Part shown: positions 11,923 to 21,991 of the stretch, piece by piece
Position numbering within the stretch: position 1 is the stretch's first letter
How the letters are laid out: every line of letters begins with the position of its first letter
Origin: Methylococcaceae bacterium
GTDB taxonomy: Bacteria; Pseudomonadota; Gammaproteobacteria; Methylococcales; Methylococcaceae
Length of the DNA: 53,982 bases
Assembly (NCBI GenBank): GCA_046305255.1
Contig: JBKCCF010000068.1
Location: 1-53,982, forward strand
Reading direction: 5' to 3'
Position numbers and translations under genes: made by a program
Notes under the pieces: model-generated
What the model was told of the DNA's origin: nothing
What the model saw: the letters and a program-made list of their open reading frames with translations, nothing else
The model's database searches: none

Positions 11923-12429
11923 ATGAGGTGTCCCTTCTGTGGCGCACAAGAAACCCGGGTCATAGACTCCCGCCTGTCGCAGGAAGGCGATCAGGTGCGT
12001 CGTCGGCGCGAATGTATGGAATGCAAGGAGCGCTTCACAACTTTCGAAATCGCCGAACTGACCCTGCCCCGCGTCATCAAGACCAACGGCAACCGCGAGC
12101 CCTTTCGCGAGGACAAACTCAGATCCGGCATCTTGCGTGCTCTGGAAAAACGCCCGGTCGGTAGCGACCTTATCGAAGCGGCCATCAACCGCATCAAAAG
12201 GAAACTTCTGGCCCGTGGCGAACGCGAAATACCCTCACGCCTCATTGGCGAGAGCGTGATGCACGAACTGGCCCAACTCGACCACGTCGCCTATATTCGC
12301 TTTGCATCGGTGTATCGCAGCTTTCAGGATGTCAACGAGTTCAAGGCCGTCATTCAGCATCTGGAACTGGAACCGAAACCTGAGGTGCATGACCCCGACC
12401 AACCCATTGACGCTGGGGCGACCTTTTGA
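11923..12429 (+). CDS. nrdR: Transcriptional repressor NrdR
   Basis: [42 protein letters not shown] (zinc ribbon) followed by an ATP-cone. The true ATG is at 11923, inside the longer track ORF 11722..12429. Confidence 0.95.
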   Translation: MRCPFCGAQETRVIDSRLSQEGDQVRRRRECMECKERFTTFEIAELTLPRVIKTNGNREPFREDKLRSGILRALEKRPVGSDLIEAAINRIKRKLLARGEREIPSRLIGESVMHELAQLDHVAYIRFASVYRSFQDVNEFKAVIQHLELEPKPEVHDPDQPIDAGATF

Positions 12430-12487
12430 CCCCAGCGGAACATCAGTAGCCCGCTGCCGGCCCACCTGCATAACCGATTGACCCCTC

Positions 12488-13585
12488 ATGAGCCTGCCCG
12501 TGACTTTCAGCGCCGAAGACACCGCTCGCATGGCCCGCGCCCTGCAGTTGGCGGCGCGCGGCCTCTATTCGACCGACCCCAACCCCCGAGTCGGCTGTGT
12601 CATCGTCAAAGAGGGCCAGATTATTGGCGAGGGCTGGCATCGCCTTGCCGGTGGACCACATGCCGAGATTGAGGCCCTGAAAGCTGCGGGCGATCGTGCC
12701 CGCGGCAGCACCGCCTACATCAGTCTGGAGCCCTGCTGCCACCACGGTAAAACACCGCCCTGTACCTCGGCCCTGATTGAAGCGGGTATTGCCCGCGTGG
12801 TCGCAGCCATGGAAGACCCCAATCCCCGGGTCGCGGGTGCCGGCCTCAGGCAGTTGCAGGACGCCGGGATAAAGGCCGAATGCGGCCTGCTGGAGGGCGC
12901 AGCCATGGCCCTCAACCCAGGCTTCTGCCACCGGATGCATAGCGGCAGACCGCTAGTGCGAAGCAAACTGGCGATGAGTCTCGATGGCCGGACCGCCATG
13001 GCCTCGGGTGAGAGTCAGTGGATCACTGGCCCCGACGCCCGCCGCGACGTACACAGGCTCAGAGCCCGCAGCTCGGCCATAGTCACGGGCGTCGATACCA
13101 TACTGTCTGATGATCCGGCGCTCACTGCCCGCATCAGCGACAGCAGGCATGACCTCGTTCAGCCGGTCAGAATCGTACTGGATTCCCGCCTTCGCACCCC
13201 AGCTACGGCCCGCATATTCGACGGGGAAGCCCCCAGTGTGCTGTTGACCACGGCACCTGATCAGCCGCCGGCAGCGGTACATGTCGAAAGGCTCCCCGCC
13301 ACCCGCGAGGGCCGTCTGCAACTGCCAAAGGTGATCGACTGGCTCGGCGCCCAAGGTTTCAACGAAGTCCTGATTGAAGCTGGCCCTACCCTGAATGGCG
13401 CGCTGCTGACAGCCGGACTGGTCGATGAGTGGATCATCTACATGGCGCCGGTAATACTGGGCGATGGCGCTCGTGGTCTGTTCCACCTGCCGGAACTCAC
13501 CACCATGGCCGAGCGTTTTGAGCTCAAACTGACCGATGTCCGTCAGGTGGGCAAGGATTTAAGACTGACCTACAGGAGGAACTAG
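12488..13585 (+). CDS. ribD: Bifunctional diaminohydroxyphosphoribosylaminopyrimidine deaminase / 5-amino-6-(5-phosphoribosylamino)uracil reductase
   Basis: 365 aa. Deaminase motifs are HAEIEAL and PCCHHGKTPPC, followed by the reductase domain. nrdR-ribD synteny is present. Confidence 0.93.
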   Translation: MSLPVTFSAEDTARMARALQLAARGLYSTDPNPRVGCVIVKEGQIIGEGWHRLAGGPHAEIEALKAAGDRARGSTAYISLEPCCHHGKTPPCTSALIEAGIARVVAAMEDPNPRVAGAGLRQLQDAGIKAECGLLEGAAMALNPGFCHRMHSGRPLVRSKLAMSLDGRTAMASGESQWITGPDARRDVHRLRARSSAIVTGVDTILSDDPALTARISDSRHDLVQPVRIVLDSRLRTPATARIFDGEAPSVLLTTAPDQPPAAVHVERLPATREGRLQLPKVIDWLGAQGFNEVLIEAGPTLNGALLTAGLVDEWIIYMAPVILGDGARGLFHLPELTTMAERFELKLTDVRQVGKDLRLTYRRN

Positions 13586-13586
13586 C

Positions 13587-14243
13587 ATGTTTACTGGCCT
13601 CATCCAAGCCGTCGGCAGTCTGAGCCGTAGCGAATCCCGGGGTGGCGATTGCCGCCTGACCCTTGCCACCGGCAAGCTCCCGATGGCCGAGATCAAACTG
13701 GGCGACAGCATCGCGGTCAATGGTGTTTGCCTCACCGCCATTGCCCTCGGCGAACAAGAATTTTCCGCTGACGTGTCACGCGAGACACTCTCCCGAACCA
13801 CCCTGGGCAATGCCCGCATCGGAACACCCGTCAATCTGGAACTGGCCCTACTGCCCACCACCCGACTCGGCGGCCATCTCGTCAGTGGGCATGTCGATGG
13901 ACTGGGGTTGGTCATAGACCGGCAGGCCGACGCCCGGTCCTGGCGCTTTGTGATTGAGGCGCCCGCCGCTCTGGCCCGCTATATCGCCGAGAAGGGTTCC
14001 ATCTGTATCGACGGCATCAGCTTGACGGTCAACAGCGTCGATGGTGCCCGGTTCGGTGTCAACATCGTCCCGCACACCCTGACCGAAACCACCCTTGGCC
14101 ATACCGTAGCCGGCCAGCGCGTTAACCTTGAAGTCGATCTGCTGGCCCGCTACACCGAGCGACTATTGCTGGGGGACAAGGCCGCCCTCCCGGCTTCCGG
14201 TGTTACCATGGCCCTCCTTGAAAACGCCGGCTTCGCATCCTGA
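13587..14243 (+). CDS. ribE: Riboflavin synthase (alpha chain)
   Basis: 218 aa. Starts MFTGLIQAVGSL.. and has the internally duplicated lumazine-binding repeats (GDSIAVNGVCLT / GSICIDGISLT). Confidence 0.93.
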   Translation: MFTGLIQAVGSLSRSESRGGDCRLTLATGKLPMAEIKLGDSIAVNGVCLTAIALGEQEFSADVSRETLSRTTLGNARIGTPVNLELALLPTTRLGGHLVSGHVDGLGLVIDRQADARSWRFVIEAPAALARYIAEKGSICIDGISLTVNSVDGARFGVNIVPHTLTETTLGHTVAGQRVNLEVDLLARYTERLLLGDKAALPASGVTMALLENAGFAS

Positions 14244-14250
14244 CTCCCGC

Positions 14251-15363
14251 ATGAACAGCACTGCAGAAATTATCGAGGATATCCGCCTCGGCAAAATGGT
14301 CGTCCTGATGGATGATGAGGACCGCGAGAACGAGGGCGACCTGATCATGGCCGCCAGCCACACGCGCCCCGAAGACATCAACTTCATGGCACGCTATGGC
14401 CGGGGCCTGATCTGCCTGACGCTCACCCGCGAGCGCTGCCATCAACTGCGTCTGCCCTTGATGGTGAATGAAAACAGGACGCCGCATTCGACCAATTTCA
14501 CGGTGTCGATTGAAGCCGCGAGCGGCGTCACCACCGGCATTTCGGCCGCTGATCGTGCCCACACCATCCAGTGCGCCGTCGCGCCAGAGGCAAGACCAGA
14601 TGATCTGGTACAGCCAGGGCATGTGTTCCCGTTGATGGCTCAACCCGGCGGGGTACTGAACCGGGCGGGCCATACCGAAGCGGGCTGTGATCTGGCCCGA
14701 CTGGCAGGGCTTGAACCCGCTGCCGTGATCGTCGAGATTCTTAACGAAGACGGCACCATGGCTCGCAGAGCGGAGCTTGAAACCTTTGCCGGGACGCATG
14801 GACTCAAAATCGGCACCATCGCCGACCTTATCCATTACCGCATCCAGAACGAGAAAACGGTCGAGCGGATTTGTGAATGCGATTTTCCTACCGAATACGG
14901 CCCGTTCCGCATGATCGCCTACCAGGATCGGGTCGATCAGCGTCTGCATCTGGCACTGACCTACGGCAGGCTCGCTGGCGACCAACCCGTACTGGTGCGG
15001 GTTCATGGCCGTAATCTGCTGAGCGATCTGTTTGGCGGCAAGCGGGAAGATACCGGCCTGCCCTTGCGTCGGGCCATGAAACGGATCGCCGACGAGGGAC
15101 GGGGCGTATTGGTCATCATCCGCAAGGAAGAAGACGATAAATCCCTGGTTGAACGCATCCATCAGTATCAAATGGAAGATCACGGGCTAGAATTGTCCCC
15201 CCATGCCGTTAGCGGCGATGACTGGCGGACCACCGGTACCGGCGCACAAATACTGGCTGATCTTGGTGTACACCAATTGCGGGTACTCGGCAGCTCACCG
15301 AAAAAATACATGGGACTCTCGGGCTACGATCTCGAAATCGTCGAATTCGTCACCTGTGATTAG
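14251..15363 (+). CDS. ribBA: 3,4-dihydroxy-2-butanone-4-phosphate synthase fused to a GTP-cyclohydrolase-II-like domain that appears catalytically degenerate
   Basis: The N-terminal half is typical RibB ([19 protein letters not shown]..). The C-terminal half aligns with RibA, but VRVHSECLTGD..RCDCG is replaced by [16 protein letters not shown]. The start is at the ATG at 14251, inside track ORF 14128..15363. Confidence 0.9.
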   Translation: MNSTAEIIEDIRLGKMVVLMDDEDRENEGDLIMAASHTRPEDINFMARYGRGLICLTLTRERCHQLRLPLMVNENRTPHSTNFTVSIEAASGVTTGISAADRAHTIQCAVAPEARPDDLVQPGHVFPLMAQPGGVLNRAGHTEAGCDLARLAGLEPAAVIVEILNEDGTMARRAELETFAGTHGLKIGTIADLIHYRIQNEKTVERICECDFPTEYGPFRMIAYQDRVDQRLHLALTYGRLAGDQPVLVRVHGRNLLSDLFGGKREDTGLPLRRAMKRIADEGRGVLVIIRKEEDDKSLVERIHQYQMEDHGLELSPHAVSGDDWRTTGTGAQILADLGVHQLRVLGSSPKKYMGLSGYDLEIVEFVTCD

Positions 15364-15382
15364 AAGGAATATCTGAAAACCC

Positions 15383-15694
15383 ATGCAAAACCGGCAATCC
15401 GACCAGGCGCGGCAGTTGAGCAAACTGATATCGGCCATGCAGAAACAGTGGCAGCAGGAATTAGGCGAACTCGGGGCCGCACTCACCGAAGCGGCCTTGC
15501 GCGGTGCCCAGAATTTACTGTCCGCCAGCCATAGCGGCGCTATTGCCGGCATGCTCGCGAGTGCGCCGATCGAACATCACGTGGGAATGGACTGGGTTGC
15601 CGCGAACCCCTGGGCGCAGCCCTATCTGAGCCATATCGCACAGACTGTAGGGCCACCCCAACACGGGGCGGAGACAGTCCGGCACCCGCACTGA
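15383..15694 (+). CDS. Hypothetical 103-aa protein inserted between ribBA and ribH
   Basis: An open frame fills an otherwise unexplained 368-bp gap in the rib operon. Third-position G/C bias resembles the neighbouring genes. I recognise no motif. The N-terminal half looks helical ([36 protein letters not shown]). Confidence 0.4.
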   Translation: MQNRQSDQARQLSKLISAMQKQWQQELGELGAALTEAALRGAQNLLSASHSGAIAGMLASAPIEHHVGMDWVAANPWAQPYLSHIAQTVGPPQHGAETVRHPH

Positions 15695-15731
15695 TCAATC
15701 TCTCAAACAATTACCGCAACTACCTACCGTC

Positions 15732-16211
15732 ATGAACACACATAAAACCTACGAAGGTCACCTGCAGATTCAGGGTGCCCGTTTCTGTCTAGTCACCTCC
15801 CGCTTCAACAGTTTCATCGTCGACTCTTTGGTCAGTGGCGCCATTGACGCACTGGTACGACACGGTGCCAGACACGAGGACATTCATATCGTCAAGACAC
15901 CGGGTGCCTACGAATTACCGCTGGCCGTTCAGAAGGTGGCAGCCACTGGCCGCTACGATGCCATTGTTGCACTGGGTGCGGTCATCCGAGGTGGCACCCC
16001 CCACTTTGAATACGTTGCCGGCGAATGCGTGAAAGGCATCAGCACAGTTTCGCTGAAGCATGAGATCCCGGTCGCCTTTGGCGTGCTGACGGTGGATACC
16101 ATCGAACAGGCCATCGAACGGGCGGGTACCAAGGCGGGCAACAAGGGTGCCGAAGCCGCACTGTCGGCGGTGGAGATGGTCAATCTTCTGCGCGAGCTTG
16201 ACGCCGGATGA
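15732..16211 (+). CDS. ribH: 6,7-dimethyl-8-ribityllumazine synthase
   Basis: 159 aa. Contains ..[25 protein letters not shown].., GAYELP and [12 protein letters not shown]. Confidence 0.95.
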   Translation: MNTHKTYEGHLQIQGARFCLVTSRFNSFIVDSLVSGAIDALVRHGARHEDIHIVKTPGAYELPLAVQKVAATGRYDAIVALGAVIRGGTPHFEYVAGECVKGISTVSLKHEIPVAFGVLTVDTIEQAIERAGTKAGNKGAEAALSAVEMVNLLRELDAG

Positions 16212-16648
16212 GTAACCCAAAATCAAAGGCACGTCGCAGTGCGGTTCAAGCGATCTATCAGTGGCAGTTGACCGGCTGCACCCTGGCGGAAATTGAACGT
16301 CAATTTATCGAGGAGCATGGGTTGAACGAGGGAGAACAACCCTATTTCAGTCAGTTGCTACACACCATACCCAAGGAGTTAAACCGCATCGACGGGGCGC
16401 TCGCCGAATTTACCGATAGGCCGATCGCCCAGATTGATCCGGTGGAGCGAGCCATTCTCCGTATCAGTACTTACGAAATTCTGGATAGGCTGGACGTCCC
16501 CTACCGCGTGGCGGTGAATGAGGGCATCAACCTGGCCAAGGAGTTCGGGGCGATGCAGAGCCACAAGTTCGTCAACGGCATTCTTGACCGGGTGGCACGC
16601 AAGCACCGGGCAGTCGAGGCGGCGGCCCCCCGCTCACGCAAGAAGTAG
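16208..16648 (+). CDS. nusB: Transcription antitermination factor NusB
   Basis: 146 aa. Contains [16 protein letters not shown]... ATGA overlap with ribH. ribH-nusB-thiL-pgpA synteny is present. Confidence 0.93.
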   Translation: MSNPKSKARRSAVQAIYQWQLTGCTLAEIERQFIEEHGLNEGEQPYFSQLLHTIPKELNRIDGALAEFTDRPIAQIDPVERAILRISTYEILDRLDVPYRVAVNEGINLAKEFGAMQSHKFVNGILDRVARKHRAVEAAAPRSRKK

Positions 16649-16661
16649 GTTCTGAGCCCGC

Positions 16662-17642
16662 ATGACTCTCGGCGAATTCGACCTGATCCGCCGGTTTTTC
16701 TCGGCCAACCCCCACCACCACGCCGGTACCTTGCTGGGCATAGGTGACGATTGCGCCTTGATCCAATGCCGGGCCGGCATGAGTCTTGCCGTAACGGTCG
16801 ATACGCTAGTCTCCGGAGTTCATTTCCTGCCGGACGTCGACCCCGAAAGCCTGGGCCACAAAGCACTGGCGGTAAATCTCAGCGACCTTGCCGCCATGGG
16901 GGCCGAGCCCGCCTGGGCGACATTAGCCCTAACCCTGCCGGATGTTGATGAGGCCTGGCTTGCCGCTTTTGCCCGGGGATTTTTCACGCTGGCCGGACGC
17001 CATGGGCTCCAACTGATCGGCGGGGACACGACCCGCGGCCCATTGAGCATCACGATCCAGGTCATCGGGCAGGTTCCTGCAGACCGCGCTTTACGACGCT
17101 CCGGCGCCAAAGTTGGAGACATCATTTACGTGAGCGGGTCCTTGGGTGCCGCCGGCCTTGGTCTAAAAATGCGGCTGGGGCAACACCCCACCGCCGACGA
17201 GGGCCCTGCACTCCATGCCCTGGAATGGCCGGAGCCTCGCATTGGTTTAGGCCAGTCGCTTCACGGTATCGCCTCTGCCTGTATTGACATTTCCGATGGC
17301 CTCGCAGCCGATCTCGGTCACATCCTGACGGCAAGTCAGGTCGGTGCCTGCATTGATGTGCAAAAACTACCGTTGCTGCCCTGTGTGCGAGACTACATCA
17401 TGCAACATGATGACTGGCGTCTGCCGTTGACTGCGGGCGATGACTACGAGTTGTGCTTTACTGTCCCGCCCGAACATCTGACATCGCTGACGGCGGTGAT
17501 GGCAAACTCGGGGCTTACCTTGAGCGCCATCGGTCGGATTGAAGCGGAACCGGGCTTGCGGGTGCTTTACCATGAACACGACATTCACCTGAATGGGACA
17601 GGATATGACCACTTCAAACAGGCCGAAAACTGCCAACAATAA
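16662..17642 (+). CDS. thiL: Thiamine-monophosphate kinase
   Basis: 326 aa. Contains MTLGEFDLIRRFF...GIGDDCAL and AIR-synthase-like domains. Confidence 0.92.
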   Translation: MTLGEFDLIRRFFSANPHHHAGTLLGIGDDCALIQCRAGMSLAVTVDTLVSGVHFLPDVDPESLGHKALAVNLSDLAAMGAEPAWATLALTLPDVDEAWLAAFARGFFTLAGRHGLQLIGGDTTRGPLSITIQVIGQVPADRALRRSGAKVGDIIYVSGSLGAAGLGLKMRLGQHPTADEGPALHALEWPEPRIGLGQSLHGIASACIDISDGLAADLGHILTASQVGACIDVQKLPLLPCVRDYIMQHDDWRLPLTAGDDYELCFTVPPEHLTSLTAVMANSGLTLSAIGRIEAEPGLRVLYHEHDIHLNGTGYDHFKQAENCQQ

Positions 17643-18123
17643 GTCCCGCAAACGTATAACTGCCGGGGAGGTCTTCAGTAACCCCTTCTGCTTCCTGGGA
17701 TTTGGCTTTGGCTCCGGCTTGGTGCCGTTTGCACCGGGCACCTTCGGCACACTGGTCGCCATCCCGATCTACTATGCAATGGCTGGCCTGAGCCTTCCGG
17801 TCTACGGCAGTCTTGTCACCCTGCTATTCCTGCTGGGTATCCTGATCTGCCAACGCTGTGAAGATAGCCTGAGCATCAGCGACCACTCCGGGATTGTCTG
17901 GGATGAAATCGTCGGCTACCTCATCACCATGGCCGCCGTGCCATACTCATGGCAAGCGGCAAGCCTCGGTTTTCTGCTATTCAGGCTGTTCGATATCATC
18001 AAACCCTGGCCCATTTCCCAACTCGACCGCACTCTGCATGGAGGCCTGGGTGTGATGCTGGACGATGCCCTGGCTGGAGTTTTCGCTGCGAGTGCGCTTC
18101 ATTGGGTTATGGCTTACCTCTAG
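17593..18123 (+). CDS. pgpA: Phosphatidylglycerophosphatase A
   Basis: ..FCFLGFGFGSGLVPFAPGTFGTLVAIP.. and DIIKPWPI motifs. The start is ambiguous between the ATG at 17593 and the ATG at 17605; both overlap the end of thiL. Confidence 0.88.
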   Translation: MGQDMTTSNRPKTANNKSRKRITAGEVFSNPFCFLGFGFGSGLVPFAPGTFGTLVAIPIYYAMAGLSLPVYGSLVTLLFLLGILICQRCEDSLSISDHSGIVWDEIVGYLITMAAVPYSWQAASLGFLLFRLFDIIKPWPISQLDRTLHGGLGVMLDDALAGVFAASALHWVMAYL

Positions 18124-18125
18124 AC

Positions 18126-18158
18126 GCGAGAAAGCCCCGACTGGCGGGGCTTTCTCGC
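18126..18158. terminator. Bidirectional intrinsic-terminator-like hairpin between the convergent genes pgpA and glnA
   Basis: Perfect 14-bp inverted repeat GCGAGAAAGCCCCG-actgg-CGGGGCTTTCTCGC. The inner GC stem is followed by TTTCTC on both strands. Confidence 0.6.
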
Positions 18159-18204
18159 GACGTGTGGTGCGTATCAGCGCTTCACACCGACAGGCATCAT
18201 GACC

Positions 18205-19614
18205 TCATAGGCTATAGTACATGTCGTATTCAGCCGGATGGGTGCTCATGCGCAGACGGGTCACTTCTTCCATCTTCAGGCCAATGTAGGCGTCGATGGT
18301 GTCATTGGTGAATACGCCGCCGCGTGTCAGGAACTCACGATCGGCGTCAAGTGCTTCAAGCGCCATATCGAAAGCATGGGCAACCTGCGGGATGGCTTTT
18401 TCCTCTTCCGGCGGCAGATCATACAGATCCTTGTCCATGGCCTCGCCCGGATGAATCTTGTTCTGAATGCCATCAAGGCCGGCCATCAGCATGGCGGAGA
18501 ACGCCAGATAGGGGTTGGCAGTAGAGTCAGGGAAGCGTACTTCAATGCGCCGTGCCTTGGGGTTCTGCACATAAGGCACACGGATGGAAGCAGAACGGTT
18601 GCGGGCAGAGTAGGCCAGCATGACAGGTGCTTCGAAGCCTGGAACCAGACGCTTGTAGCTGTTGGTAGACGCATTACAGAATGCGTTCAGCGCTTTGGCA
18701 TGCTTGATAATGCCGCCAATGTAGTACAGCGCGGTTTCAGACAGGCCACCGTAAAGATCGCCCGTGAAGAGATTCTTGCCATCTTTCGCCAGGGACTGGT
18801 GAACGTGCATGCCACTGCCATTGTCGCCAACCAGGGGCTTGGGCATGAAGGTGGCCGTTTTGCCAAATGCGTGGGCAATATTCTGGACAACGTACTTGAG
18901 GGTCAGTACTTCGTCAGCCTTCTTGACTAGGGTGCCGAACTTGACGCCAATTTCGCACTGGCCGGCAGTGGCCACTTCGTGATGGTGTACTTCAACGACC
19001 AGGCCCATATCTTCCAGTGTGTTACACATGGCAGAGCGGAGGTCTTGCAACGAGTCGACCGGAGGAACCGGGAAATAGCCACCCTTGACGCCAGGACGGT
19101 GTCCGATGTTGCCGTCATCATAGACTTTCTCCGAGTTCCAGCCCGCTTCTTCCGAGTCCACCTTGAAGAAGGAACCCTGCATGGTCGTACCCCAGCGGAC
19201 GTCATCGAATACGAAAAATTCGTTTTCGGGTCCGAACAGCGCAGTGTCGGCAATACCGGTGGACTTCATATAGGCTTCAGCACGCTTGGCGATGGAACGG
19301 GGATCCCGTTCGTAGCCCTGCATGTCGGCCGGTTCAATAATGTCACAACGCAGTATCAGGGTGGCGTCGTCAAAGAAGGGATCCATGACGGCGGTACTGG
19401 CATCCGGCATCAGAATCATGTCGGATTCGTTGATGTGCTTCCAGCCAGCGATGGATGAGCCGTCGAACATTTTGCCGTCTTCGAACATATCCTCGTCCAC
19501 GGTACTCGCCGGGATGGTGACATGTTGTTCCTTGCCCTTGGTATCGGAGAAACGGAGATCCACATAGCGGACTTCGTTTTCCTTGATCATCTTCAGCACG
19601 TCTTTAGGCGTCAT
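18205..19614 (-). CDS. glnA: Type I glutamine synthetase
   Basis: [31 protein letters not shown].., the full GS-I sequence including the adenylylation-loop region. The start is placed at the second ATG (19614), 9 nt after GAGGAG. The track start at 19623 abuts the Shine-Dalgarno. Confidence 0.94.
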   Translation of the reverse strand: MTPKDVLKMIKENEVRYVDLRFSDTKGKEQHVTIPASTVDEDMFEDGKMFDGSSIAGWKHINESDMILMPDASTAVMDPFFDDATLILRCDIIEPADMQGYERDPRSIAKRAEAYMKSTGIADTALFGPENEFFVFDDVRWGTTMQGSFFKVDSEEAGWNSEKVYDDGNIGHRPGVKGGYFPVPPVDSLQDLRSAMCNTLEDMGLVVEVHHHEVATAGQCEIGVKFGTLVKKADEVLTLKYVVQNIAHAFGKTATFMPKPLVGDNGSGMHVHQSLAKDGKNLFTGDLYGGLSETALYYIGGIIKHAKALNAFCNASTNSYKRLVPGFEAPVMLAYSARNRSASIRVPYVQNPKARRIEVRFPDSTANPYLAFSAMLMAGLDGIQNKIHPGEAMDKDLYDLPPEEEKAIPQVAHAFDMALEALDADREFLTRGGVFTNDTIDAYIGLKMEEVTRLRMSTHPAEYDMYYSL

Positions 19615-19769
19615 TCTCTTCATCTCCTCACTTGCTAAAAGCTATCAGCGTTTGAAAAATCGTTTATCTTTATTAACGTTTAACGTCATTCTGAGCGCCT
19701 ATCCCGACGCTTTTCCACTCTTCAATCCCTCGCGGAATGATACGCCCATCCCGCACAAAAACGGAACAT

Positions 19770-20744
19770 TTACGGCCGAGAAGCAGGCAAAACCCACTGA
19801 AATCCGCGAATTCCAGCAATTCCCTGCCCCCCGCACGCGCGCGCTTCGGCGATATCAGACTCAGCCAGACCACCCAAAGCAAACGCCGGAATCATAGCCC
19901 GCTCTGCCATTATTGCAAACGCTTTCCATCCTAACAGCGTGACTTTGGGGTGTGTCAGTGTAGTCTTTACCGGACCCAATACCACAAAATCAACGCCTAT
20001 ACGGGCAGCATGTTCCAGTTCTGCTGCGTTGTGACAGGATGCGGCGACCCAGTAGGGGGGCGGCAGAGTCCGTTCCTGGCTTGCCATCAGCTGGTCGGCG
20101 CGCAGATGTAGACCGGCAGCTCCAGTCCGTTCCACCAGGTCGGGCTGGTTGTTGAGCAGTAGACTTACACCCCTGCTTTGGCAATAGCTGGCTGCGGGGT
20201 AAGCCAGGCGTTCGTAACTGGCTTGATCCCATTGGCTGGCCCGCAATCGCATCAGGGTGATGCCCGTTGTTGCGCGTAATTCAAGCTCCGTTACCAACAC
20301 CCGCTCATCGATTGATGACGGCTCAAGGATGGCATAGCGATGAGGCAATCTCGCCGCCGTTATGATAGGCAGGTTAGCCGCAGGAAAATGATAGCGATGC
20401 AGGTTTTGCACCTCCACCCATTCTACCGGCTGCCCCTCAAGGCTTCTGGCCGTTCCCTCAAACTCATCGACGCGGAATACATTGAGCCTGACCCTGCGAT
20501 CAACATAATCATGATGAATGGTGATCAGGGGTGAAAACTGGATGGCATCTATTCCTATTTCCTCCCGCAACTCCCGGCGAAGGGCAGCCGTGGCGGTTTC
20601 ACCCACCTCAATTTTGCCTCCCGGGAACTCCCAGAGTCCGCCCTGATGGTGGTGATTGGCTCGTCGACTGATGAGAATGCGCCCGTCTTTGTCAGGTATG
20701 ACACCGACCGCTACATCAAGAATGGCGCGTTTGGCTTGGCTCAC
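19770..20744 (-). CDS. Nudix (MutT-like) hydrolase fused to a ThiE/TenI-like domain
   Basis: 324 aa. The N-terminus has the Nudix box GGLWEFPGGKIEVGETATAALRRELREEIGI. The C-terminal ~190 aa is thiamine-phosphate-synthase-like (..FVVLGPVKTTLTHP..GGLAESD..A...GGQGIAGIRGF). It sits downstream of argJ and secA, as in pseudomonads. Confidence 0.85.
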   Translation of the reverse strand: MSQAKRAILDVAVGVIPDKDGRILISRRANHHHQGGLWEFPGGKIEVGETATAALRRELREEIGIDAIQFSPLITIHHDYVDRRVRLNVFRVDEFEGTARSLEGQPVEWVEVQNLHRYHFPAANLPIITAARLPHRYAILEPSSIDERVLVTELELRATTGITLMRLRASQWDQASYERLAYPAASYCQSRGVSLLLNNQPDLVERTGAAGLHLRADQLMASQERTLPPPYWVAASCHNAAELEHAARIGVDFVVLGPVKTTLTHPKVTLLGWKAFAIMAERAMIPAFALGGLAESDIAEARACGGQGIAGIRGFQWVLPASRP

Positions 20745-20764
20745 GCTTAACGACCGCCTGGCGC

Positions 20765-21976
20765 TTAGGTCCGGTATTCGGCGTTGATGCGAACGTAGTC
20801 ATAGGAGAAATCACAGGTGAGCACGGTCTGGCTGGCCGGCCCCCGCCCCAGTGCGACTCTTATCGTAATATCATCCTGAGCCATCACAGCGGCCCCTTTT
20901 GCTTCGAGGTAGTCGACATCGCGACCACCCTGACTAACGATGCGGACATCACCGAGCCAGATTGAAACCCGATCAATCTCGAAATTCTCGCAGCCGGCAC
21001 GGCCGACCGCCGCCAGTATTCTTCCCCAGTTGGGGTCACTCGCAAAAAAGGCCGTTTTGACGAGAGGGGAATGAGCAATGGTTTTGGCTACTCTGTGCGC
21101 CTCATCTTCATCCTGGGCATCTTCAACCCGAATGCGGATCAGTTTGGTGGCGCCTTCGCCATCCCGAACAATGGCCTCTGCCAATTCAGCACAGACAGCA
21201 TGGACAGCCTCACTGAATACGGTGTAATCGTCGCTGCCCGGCTTTATGGGGGATCCTCCGCAAGCGCCGGAGGCTAGTAAAACGCAGGCATCATTGGTAG
21301 AGGTATCACCATCAACCGTGATGCAGTTGAAGGTCTGATCGACGGCGGTCGCAAGCAGCGACTGCAGGTCGTGTTTCGCGACATTGGCATCGGTTGCGAT
21401 AAAAGCCAGCATGGTCGCCATATTGGGCTGTATCATGCCTGCACCCTTGGATATGCCCGTAACCGTAATCTCGCAATCAGCCAGGCCTATACGTCGGCTG
21501 GCCATTTTGGGTCGGGTATCGGTGGTCATGATGGCGCGGGCGGCCTTGCTCCAGCCATGTTCATTGAGAGATGCGAGGGCCGAGGACAATACGGTCGTAA
21601 TTTTATCGACCGGTAGAAACTCACCTATGACACCGGTGGAAAATGGCAGTACCTGATCGGGCGAACCGCCTGTCAGATGCGCAAGGTTACGGCAGGTCGC
21701 CTCCGCATCGGCGAGCCCCCTGGGACCGGTCCCAGCATTGGCATTGCCTGAGTTGATCAGTAGCCAGCGTGGCATAGCCTGCAAGTGCTTGCGCGCCACC
21801 CGCACCGGTGCAGCACAGAAGGCGTTACGGGTGAATACGGCTGCACAAGTAGCGTTGCTATCCGCCTCAATGACCAGCACATCATCTCGATCCTGACGCT
21901 TGATCCCGGCTGCCGCCGTACCCAGACGTATGCCGCGTACCGACAGGGGCTCAGTTGTTGCTGACATCGCGCTCAT
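20765..21976 (-). CDS. argJ: Bifunctional glutamate N-acetyltransferase / amino-acid acetyltransferase (ArgJ)
   Basis: 403 aa. The autoprocessing region is ..ATMLAFIATDA.. and the C-terminus is DFSYDYVRINAEYRT. Confidence 0.93.
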   Translation of the reverse strand: MSAMSATTEPLSVRGIRLGTAAAGIKRQDRDDVLVIEADSNATCAAVFTRNAFCAAPVRVARKHLQAMPRWLLINSGNANAGTGPRGLADAEATCRNLAHLTGGSPDQVLPFSTGVIGEFLPVDKITTVLSSALASLNEHGWSKAARAIMTTDTRPKMASRRIGLADCEITVTGISKGAGMIQPNMATMLAFIATDANVAKHDLQSLLATAVDQTFNCITVDGDTSTNDACVLLASGACGGSPIKPGSDDYTVFSEAVHAVCAELAEAIVRDGEGATKLIRIRVEDAQDEDEAHRVAKTIAHSPLVKTAFFASDPNWGRILAAVGRAGCENFEIDRVSIWLGDVRIVSQGGRDVDYLEAKGAAVMAQDDITIRVALGRGPASQTVLTCDFSYDYVRINAEYRT

Positions 21977-21991
21977 TACTCACGGCCTGGT

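Noticed and set aside
14203-15183. 326-aa ORF on the minus strand
   Set aside because: It is entirely antisense to the clearly recognisable ribBA gene. The composition is Arg/Gly/Ala-rich, typical of a shadow frame in GC-rich coding DNA, and I see no motif.
15364-15731. FMN riboswitch (RFN element) in the ribBA-ribH spacer
   Set aside because: Only a weak resemblance (GACAGTCCGG) to the 3' part of the RFN consensus. The 5' conserved GGGCAGGGTGAAATTCCC-type core is absent.
19615-19769. Sigma54 (TGGCAC-N5-TTGCA) promoter and NtrC sites upstream of glnA
   Set aside because: The best candidate, CTGATAGCTTTTAGCA, has GA instead of GG, spacing one nucleotide short, and would leave almost no leader. 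I could not support a call.
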